Positions 57,468 to 64,000 of a stretch of 64,000 nucleotides of DNA are shown in pieces. The position numbers were made by a program, and so were the translations under genes. The notes under the pieces were generated by a model, which saw only the letters and a program-made list of their open reading frames with translations, was not told where the DNA came from and did no database searches. The stretch spans positions 2,247 through 66,246 of the forward strand of contig JANYDQ010000157.1 in NCBI GenBank assembly GCA_025363555.1. Direction: 5' to 3'. Positions within the stretch are counted from its first letter, which is position 1; each line of letters starts with the position of its first letter. Origin of the DNA: Bacteroidota bacterium. Its GTDB lineage: Bacteria > Bacteroidota > Bacteroidia > 2-12-FULL-35-15.

Positions 57468-58910
57468 ATGCAAAACCCAAAAATAGTTCTGCTTTCTTTT
57501 TTCGTTTCTCTTTTTGTATTCCGTGTACCTGCGCAACAGGCGGCTGGTGGCAAAACCTGGTTACTGGAAGAGTGTATTGATTACGCAATAAAAAATAATA
57601 TTTCCGTAAAGCAGTCGGAGTTAAACACTGATTTGGCACAGGTAAATTTGACCCAAAGCGAAGCTAATTTGCTTCCCAATTTGAATGGAAATGGTTCCCA
57701 TAGTTATAATTACGGACGAACGATTGACCGATTTACCAACCAGTTTGCCACCCAGCAGGTGCTATCCCAAAACCTTTCTTTGAGCAGTGATATTAACTTG
57801 TTTAGCGGTTTGCAAAACCTGAATACAATTAAGGAATATAAATATAGTTTTCTGGCAGGAAAGTACGATATTGATAAGATGAAAAACGATATTTCGCTGA
57901 ATGTGGCGAGTGATTATTTGCAGATTTTATATAACATGGAAGCGCTTGAAAATTCGATGAACCAAAAAAAAATAACCGAAGCGCAGGCAGACAGAACAAA
58001 AATGCTGGTGGATGCCGGTTCGGCTGCAAGGGGCACGCTGCTGGACATACAGGCGCAGCTTGCTTCGGAAGAACTGAACGTAACCACAGCACAAAACAAT
58101 CTGGACATTTCTTATTTAACACTTGCCCAACTGCTCAACCTGCAGTCGGCAGAGGGGTTTGTAATTGTGAAACCCGAACTGTCAGTGGCTAATGAAGCAT
58201 TACTTACTACCACCCCGGCACAAATTTATAATTCGGCAGTTACTAATTTGCCGGAAATAAAAAGTGCTGATAATAAAGTAAAAAGTGCGGATAAGGCGGT
58301 GGATGTGGCATGGGGTGGGTTGAGCCCTAAGTTGTCGTTCAGCGCATCATACGGAACCGGGTATTCTGGGGCAGCACTACAGGCGGTGGGTGCGCCTGTT
58401 TTCAACGGGTTTACGCCCATCGGTTTTACTTCCCTGGGCGATACAGTCTATTCTCCGTCTTATTCCAGCCCCAAATATGAAAAGGTTCCCCTCTCAGACC
58501 AGTATAAAAATAATGTGAATAAGTCGTTTGGGTTTTATTTAACGGTTCCTATCTTTAATCGTTTTCAAACCAAAACGGCTATTGACCGCGCCAAAATTCA
58601 AAAACAAAGTGCTGAACTTACTGTTGAATTAACAAAGCTAACGATTCAGAAAAATATTCAGCAGGCTTATTCTGATGCAAATGCTGCATTAAAAAAATAT
58701 GCTTCATCCCAAAAAGCTTTGGAAGCGGTGCAGGAATCTTTTAAATATACTGAGCAGAAATTTAATGTGGGCATGGTAAATACCAATGATTTTAATACAG
58801 CAAAAAATAAATTGATTACCACACAAAGCCAGGTGTTGCAGGCAAAGTATGAGTTTGTGTTTAAAACCAAGGTGCTTGATTTTTACCAAGGAAAACCATT
58901 GAAATTGTAA
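57468..58910 (+). CDS. TolC-family outer membrane efflux protein
   Basis: Signal peptide. Two tandem outer membrane efflux protein repeat halves with coiled-coil heptads. Confidence 0.8.
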   Translation: MQNPKIVLLSFFVSLFVFRVPAQQAAGGKTWLLEECIDYAIKNNISVKQSELNTDLAQVNLTQSEANLLPNLNGNGSHSYNYGRTIDRFTNQFATQQVLSQNLSLSSDINLFSGLQNLNTIKEYKYSFLAGKYDIDKMKNDISLNVASDYLQILYNMEALENSMNQKKITEAQADRTKMLVDAGSAARGTLLDIQAQLASEELNVTTAQNNLDISYLTLAQLLNLQSAEGFVIVKPELSVANEALLTTTPAQIYNSAVTNLPEIKSADNKVKSADKAVDVAWGGLSPKLSFSASYGTGYSGAALQAVGAPVFNGFTPIGFTSLGDTVYSPSYSSPKYEKVPLSDQYKNNVNKSFGFYLTVPIFNRFQTKTAIDRAKIQKQSAELTVELTKLTIQKNIQQAYSDANAALKKYASSQKALEAVQESFKYTEQKFNVGMVNTNDFNTAKNKLITTQSQVLQAKYEFVFKTKVLDFYQGKPLKL

Positions 58911-58912
58911 AT

Positions 58913-59057
58913 CACCTCACCCCTTAATCCCCTGACCTGGGAGCGGGAACTATAGGTGAGTTAGAGAAAAAATAAAGAATTGAATAATATATAAATAAAT
59001 AAAGTGCTTCCGGCTCCGTCCCTCTTCTCCTTCGAAGAGGGACCGGGGGGTGAGGTG
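58913..59057. repeat. 145-bp GC-rich element bounded by an 11-bp perfect inverted repeat (CACCTCACCCC...GGGGTGAGGTG), with an internal 10-bp-stem hairpin
   Basis: Outer inverted repeat at 58913-58923 and 59047-59057. Inner hairpin GTCCCTCTTC-tccttc-GAAGAGGGAC at 59018-59043. AT-rich core (ataaataaataaa). Lies between the co-oriented TolC and adaptor genes. Confidence 0.6.
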
Positions 59058-59068
59058 TTACACTAATC

Positions 59069-60439
59069 ATGAAAAAAATAATTTGGATAATCATTGCAGG
59101 AGTTGGAGTATTGGTAGCAGTTATAATGCTTAAAAACTGTTCCGGAAGCAAAGCACTTTCTGTTACTACTGAAAAAATTCAGAAAAGAAATATTATTGAA
59201 ACGGTTTCTGCCAACGGGAAAATTCAGCCGGAAGTGGAGGTAAAAATAAGTTCGGATGTATCAGGCGAGATAGTAGAGTTATATGTAAAAGAAGGCGATC
59301 AGGTTAAAAAAGGAGATTTGTTATGCAGAATTAATCCGTTGATTTACGAATCGTCTTTAAACCGGATGCAGGCAACACTCAATGGCGCAAAAGCAAGCCT
59401 GGCAAATTCAAAAGCACGAACAGAACAGATAAAAGCATCGTTTGCCAATATTGAGTCCACTTACGAACGCAACAAAAAACTATTTGACCAGAAAGCCATT
59501 TCTCAATCGGATTTTGATGCTGCCAAAGCTGCCTACGAAGGAGCCAAAGCAGATGTGAAAGGCTCGGAAGACAATGTGGATGCTTCGGATTATAATGTAA
59601 AAAGCACGGAAGCCTCCTTGAAAGAAGCAACGGATAACCTTGCTAAAACAAACATATATTCCCCGGTAAACGGAACGGTTTCCAAATTAAATAAAGAAAA
59701 AGGAGAACGGGTGGTAGGTACGGCACAGATGGAAGGAACGGAAATTATGCGCCTTGCCAACCTGAATGAAATGGAAGTGAATGTAGATGTAAATGAAAAT
59801 GATATAGTAAGAGTTCACAATGGCGATACATCATTAATAGAAGTAGATGCTTACCTCGACAGAAAATTTAAAGGCATTGTTACAGAAATTGCAAACTCTG
59901 CAAACACAACAGGGGTAACGGCTGAACAGGTAACTAACTTTACAGTTAAGATTAGAATTTTGCAGGAATCATATATGGATTTATTTAATGCTGAAAAAAC
60001 AAATGCGCCTTTCCGTCCGGGCATGAGTGCTACAGTGGATGTGCAAACTAAAAAAGCAAGCAATGTTCTTACAGTTCCTATCCAGGCAGTAACTACACGC
60101 TCTGACAGTTCGGGATTTAAAAAGAAAGACATGGATAAGAAAGAAGAAAACGAACCGGATGGAATAGTGATAAGAGATGAAAAAAATAAAAATAAGGATA
60201 ATAGTAAAGACGTAATAAAAGTGGATGAGTGTGTGTTTTTATATGTGGATGGAAAAGCAAAACTGATAAAGGTGAAAGCAGGTATCCAGGATAATAACTA
60301 CATAGAAATAAAAGAAGGAGTGAAAGAAGGTGATGAAATAATTTCGGGTCCTTATGGAGCAGTATCAAAGGTATTGAAAGAAGGAAACGAAGTAAAAAAG
60401 GTGGATAAATCGGAGCTGTTTTCCGCTTCTAAAAAATAG
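59069..60439 (+). CDS. Efflux transporter periplasmic adaptor subunit (MacA/HlyD-like)
   Basis: N-terminal TM anchor, long coiled-coil hairpin, and beta-barrel/MP domains. 456 aa. Confidence 0.8.
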   Translation: MKKIIWIIIAGVGVLVAVIMLKNCSGSKALSVTTEKIQKRNIIETVSANGKIQPEVEVKISSDVSGEIVELYVKEGDQVKKGDLLCRINPLIYESSLNRMQATLNGAKASLANSKARTEQIKASFANIESTYERNKKLFDQKAISQSDFDAAKAAYEGAKADVKGSEDNVDASDYNVKSTEASLKEATDNLAKTNIYSPVNGTVSKLNKEKGERVVGTAQMEGTEIMRLANLNEMEVNVDVNENDIVRVHNGDTSLIEVDAYLDRKFKGIVTEIANSANTTGVTAEQVTNFTVKIRILQESYMDLFNAEKTNAPFRPGMSATVDVQTKKASNVLTVPIQAVTTRSDSSGFKKKDMDKKEENEPDGIVIRDEKNKNKDNSKDVIKVDECVFLYVDGKAKLIKVKAGIQDNNYIEIKEGVKEGDEIISGPYGAVSKVLKEGNEVKKVDKSELFSASKK

Positions 60440-60442
60440 AGA

Positions 60443-61144
60443 ATGCCACTCATACTTAACCTTGAAACAGCAACCACCGCATGTAGTGTTTCATTATCAA
60501 AAGATGGCGAACTGTTAGGTTTAAAAGAAATTAATGGCGATTATTCTCATGCCGAAAACCTTACTGTGTTTATTGAAGATGTTTTTAAGCAAGCAAATTT
60601 AAAGCTGCAAGATGTGGATGCAATAGCCGTAAGCCAAGGTCCCGGCTCTTATACCGGATTACGAATTGGAGTCAGCACCGCCAAGGGTTTATGTTATTCG
60701 TTAGACAAACCATTGATTGCAGTAGATACCTTACAACATATCGCTCTTTCTGTAATAACAAATCTCAAATCCCAAATCTTAAATCTCAATACTCTATTTT
60801 GTCCGATGCTGGATGCAAGAAGAATGGAAGTATATTGTGCAATATATGATATTAATATTAATTGTGTAATGCAAACTTCTGCATTAATTATTGATGAAAA
60901 TTCTTTTGCTGATACTCTAAAAGAAAACACTATTTATTTATTTGGCGATGGTGCCGCAAAATGCAGGGAAGTTTTATCTGCCAATAAAAATGTATTCTTC
61001 ATGGACGATATCTTCCCTTCTGCAAAAAACATGATTACCCTTTCTGAAAAGGCTTATAATAATAAGCAATTTGAGGATGTAGCCTATTTCGAACCCTTTT
61101 ACCTGAAAGATTTTCTGATTGGAAAAAAGAAAGCAGAAAAATAA
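60443..61144 (+). CDS. tsaB: tRNA threonylcarbamoyladenosine biosynthesis protein TsaB
   Basis: YeaZ-type 'AVSQGPGSYTGLRIG' motif. 233 aa. Confidence 0.85.
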   Translation: MPLILNLETATTACSVSLSKDGELLGLKEINGDYSHAENLTVFIEDVFKQANLKLQDVDAIAVSQGPGSYTGLRIGVSTAKGLCYSLDKPLIAVDTLQHIALSVITNLKSQILNLNTLFCPMLDARRMEVYCAIYDININCVMQTSALIIDENSFADTLKENTIYLFGDGAAKCREVLSANKNVFFMDDIFPSAKNMITLSEKAYNNKQFEDVAYFEPFYLKDFLIGKKKAEK

Positions 61145-61205
61145 AAATGGGTGAGAGAAAGGCATGCTTTCTTCTCACCCATTTATCTTTAAAGGTTGCT
61201 AATCC

Positions 61206-61661
61206 TTATTGTTTCTTGTCAATGTGCTCCAAAATCTGCACTATCAGTTTGTTTTGATTTTCCAGGTGCATTAAAATGGTTTCAATCTCATTTTCCGCTT
61301 TTGTATTTACATCAAAATCTGCTTCGGCTCGCGCTTCAGAATGGCTTGATTGCAGATTTTGCCCAATCATAATTAAAGGCATTAGGAAAATTTGAATCAT
61401 ATTGGATAAAAATAACCAAAGCACAAAAGCAGGGAAAGGATCGAATCGCAAGGACGGAGGAGAAAGGGCATTCCATCCCAGCCAGCAAACGGTCCAGATA
61501 AAAATAATGATAAAAAAACCCATGGTGCCAACATGGTTGGTTATCCATAAAGCTAACTTATCCAGTTTTTTTAATTTTTGTTTCCGCTCTATATTAACAT
61601 TTCGAAGCGGTTTGCGAAGTTTCTTTATCTCTTCTAAAGACAGCGGTTGGTGTTTTTGCAT
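61206..61661 (-). CDS. DUF1003-like small membrane protein
   Basis: Two TM helices with an 'FDPFPAFVLWLFLS' motif and a C-terminal coiled coil. Confidence 0.45.
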   Translation of the reverse strand: MQKHQPLSLEEIKKLRKPLRNVNIERKQKLKKLDKLALWITNHVGTMGFFIIIFIWTVCWLGWNALSPPSLRFDPFPAFVLWLFLSNMIQIFLMPLIMIGQNLQSSHSEARAEADFDVNTKAENEIETILMHLENQNKLIVQILEHIDKKQ

Positions 61662-61898
61662 ATAAATTGTGTTTTAAAATTGGTGCAAGGTAAGACTTAA
61701 AATGGAAGTATAAAAAGAGAATTTTGGTAAATATTAATTGTTTTATTCTATATTTGCACCCCCAAATTAAAAAAGGGGAGATTTTAGAAATGAAGAATTA
61801 GTGATTTGGAGAATTGGAAAAATAGTAAGTAATTCAATTCTTTATTTCTCCAATCAACAAATCAACAATTTTATAACAACAATTTAATTTAAAAATCA

Positions 61899-64000
61899 TG
61901 CAAAACAAAGGTGCTATCAGGTTATTTGCCATTTTACTGACTATAGCTTGTGCTTATTATTTAATGTTTACTTATGTTGCCAATAACATAGTAAAAGATG
62001 CGGATGTGTATGCAACTGATTACATTAACACTTCCAAGGTACAAACCGCAGCAGCTAAATCTTCTACCAATGCGGCAGAAAAAAACACTTGGCTGGATTC
62101 TGTTCTTAATTACAGGAAAAACTGTTACCTCGATTCTTTAAAAAAGAAAGTAGTTTATAATTTATTCATCACCGATTATACGTATGATGATGTGAAAAAA
62201 CGCCAGTTAAATCTCGGACTGGATTTAAAAGGTGGTATGAACGTAACGCTGGAAGTGTCGGTGGGTGAAATTATCCGCGGACTTTCTAACAACAGTAACG
62301 ACCCTACCTTTATACAGGCAATTGATAAAGCTAATGAAGATATTAAAACTTCGAATAAAGATTATGTAACTCTTTTTGGGGAAGAGTTTCATAAAATAAA
62401 TCCAAATGCAAAACTGGCCATTAACTTTTTGACTATTGAATTGAAAGGTAAAATAGACATGACTTCTACAGACGAAGAGGTGTTAAAATTTATTCGTGAA
62501 AGAGTAGAGGATGCTATTTCTACTTCTGAAAATACGTTACGTGCCCGTATTGATAAATTTGGAGTTACTCAACCTAACATTCAGCGCCTAGCTTCTTCGG
62601 GTCGTATATTAATTGAATTGCCGGGGGTTACCGATAAAAATCGTATCCGTAAATTATTACAGGGAACCGCTAATCTTGAATTCTGGGAAACGTATGATAA
62701 CAAAGAAATTTACCCGATTCTGGAAAAAGCAAATACCCGCTTAAAAGAAATTTTGACTCCAAACGATACTGCTGCGAAAAAAGATACTGCTGTGGTTGCA
62801 AAAGTGGAAGACAAAAAAACGGATGCTAAAACAGATAAGAAAAAAATAAAAAAAGGCGATAAGGATAAAAAGGAATTAGCAAAAACAGATTCTCTTAAAA
62901 CTAAATCGGATTCTGCTAAGTCGTTAGACAAACAATTAGGTTTAGGAAAAACAGATACTGCCAAAAAAGCGAAAGGAACCAAGGCAGATACTATTGCAAA
63001 ATTAAGAAGAGAAAATCCTTTGTTTGCCGTATTAACACCTTCTACCAATCGTAATGCTCAAAATCAGCAGGAATTGGGCCAAGGTCCTGTTATTGGTTAC
63101 ACTGCTATAAAAGATACAGGTTTGGTAAATCAGTATTTGCGCATGGCAAAAATAAGAGGGTTGTTTACCAACATCAAATTTTTATGGACATTCAAAGCCA
63201 TTGACAAAGAAGAAACTACTTTGCAACTGGTTGCTATACATGTTACCCGTAAGGACGGCAAATCTCCTCTTTATGGCGATATCATTACCGAAGCTCGTGT
63301 GGTATATGAGCAGGCAGGTGGCGGTACTCCTCAAATATCAATGAACATGACTTCTGATGCTTCTTTGGTTTGGAAACATTTAACTAAAGATAATATCGGA
63401 AAATCCATTGCCATTGTTTTAGATAACAGTGTGTATTCTTTCCCAACTGTTCAAAACGAAATCTCCGGGGGAAGCTCTTCTATTACCGGAAACTTTACAC
63501 AGGATGAGGCAAAAGATTTAGTAAACATATTAAAAGCAGGTAAATTACCTGCAACTGCCCGTATCGTTCAGGAAGTAGTGGTAGGAGCTACATTAGGAGC
63601 TGAAGCAGTTCACAAAGGATTGTTCTCAACCGTTATAGCATTAATATTAGTGCTTTTGTTCATGGGCTTTTATTATAACAAAGCAGGCTGGGTGGCAGAT
63701 TTTGCCATGATTATCAATAATTTTTTTGTAATCGGTATTCTCGCCTCGTTCTCTGCCGTATTAACATTGCCGGGTATTGCAGGTATCGTACTAACCATTG
63801 CCATGTCGGTGGATGCAAATATTCTTATTTTTGAGCGGGTAAGGGAAGAACTCGCCATGGGCAAAGCAACCGGACTGGCAATTAAAGAAGGTTATCGCAA
63901 TGCAATGTCATCCGTAATCGACTCTCACGTTACCGGTTTATTATTAGGTATTATATTATATGTGTTCGGTACAGGTCCTATCCAGGGTTTTGCCACTACT
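61899..64000 (+). CDS. secDF: Protein translocase subunit SecDF (fused), 3' end outside window
   Basis: ATG at 61899, open to the window edge. 'LGLDLKGGMNVTLEV' SecD motif and a Lys-rich low-complexity insert. Not in the ORF track because there is no stop in the window. Confidence 0.9.

Noticed and set aside
62710-63048. 112-aa minus-strand ORF
   Set aside because: Antisense to the Lys-rich linker of secDF.
1-64000. tRNA/rRNA genes, integrase/transposase/prophage genes
   Set aside because: None recognised by eye. No cloverleaf-like GC-rich 75-90-nt islands and no recombinase motifs were found. A proper tRNAscan/Infernal run was not possible.

Overview
This 64-kb window is AT-rich and clearly Bacteroidota. 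Evidence: eight cargo genes with the ~75-aa type IX secretion (T9SS) C-terminal sorting domain, TAnnTTTG-type -7 promoter boxes, a fused secDF, and Bacteroides-type succinate dehydrogenase/fumarate reductase (sdh/frd) genes.

Layout:
- 1-1648 is the 3' end of the succinate dehydrogenase/fumarate reductase operon (flavoprotein C-terminus and Fe-S subunit). A four-helix-bundle (23S-rRNA-IVS/Avd-family) gene sits between them, flanked by perfect short repeats.
- About 1.7-40.7 kb is an accessory segment with no integrase, transposase or tRNA. It holds four large T9SS cargo genes on the minus strand (SprB-repeat adhesin, propeller protein, unknown, LRR protein), a membrane fatty-acid desaturase, an orphan FtsX-type permease and a hypothetical gene.
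- Next comes a 720-bp divergent intergenic region with an 8.5-copy 21-bp tandem palindromic repeat, then a roughly 23-kb copper-homeostasis island.
- About 41-52.6 kb is conserved core: purH, mreBCD, mrdA, rodA, lnt, lpdA, hemH.
- The remainder holds another T9SS cargo, a secreted hypothetical, an aminotransferase, a TolC/MacA-like pair, tsaB, a DUF1003 protein and partial secDF.

The copper island contains:
- two HYC_CC_PP-like Cys/His small proteins;
- a T9SS-targeted cupredoxin;
- a small heavy-metal-binding-domain (HMBD) protein plus a DUF3347 protein;
- a repeat-built Met-rich periplasmic protein;
- a START/Bet v 1-type (SRPBCC) protein translationally coupled to a P2-type ATPase;
- a CusA/CzcA RND pump split into two ORFs at an ATGA overlap;
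- a TolC-family protein and two tandem periplasmic adaptors, one with a Met-rich N-terminus and one with a CxxC N-terminus;
- a CopB-type (CPH-motif) ATPase;
- a Kelch-propeller T9SS cargo;
- a DUF2231 membrane protein;
- an 864-aa multicopper oxidase with an N-terminal HMBD, Met-rich inserts and a C-terminal beta-barrel-like extension.

No regulator gene is visible in the island. Candidate cis-elements (tandem array, direct repeats, palindromes) are reported instead. All calls come from reading the sequence and translations, with no database searches.
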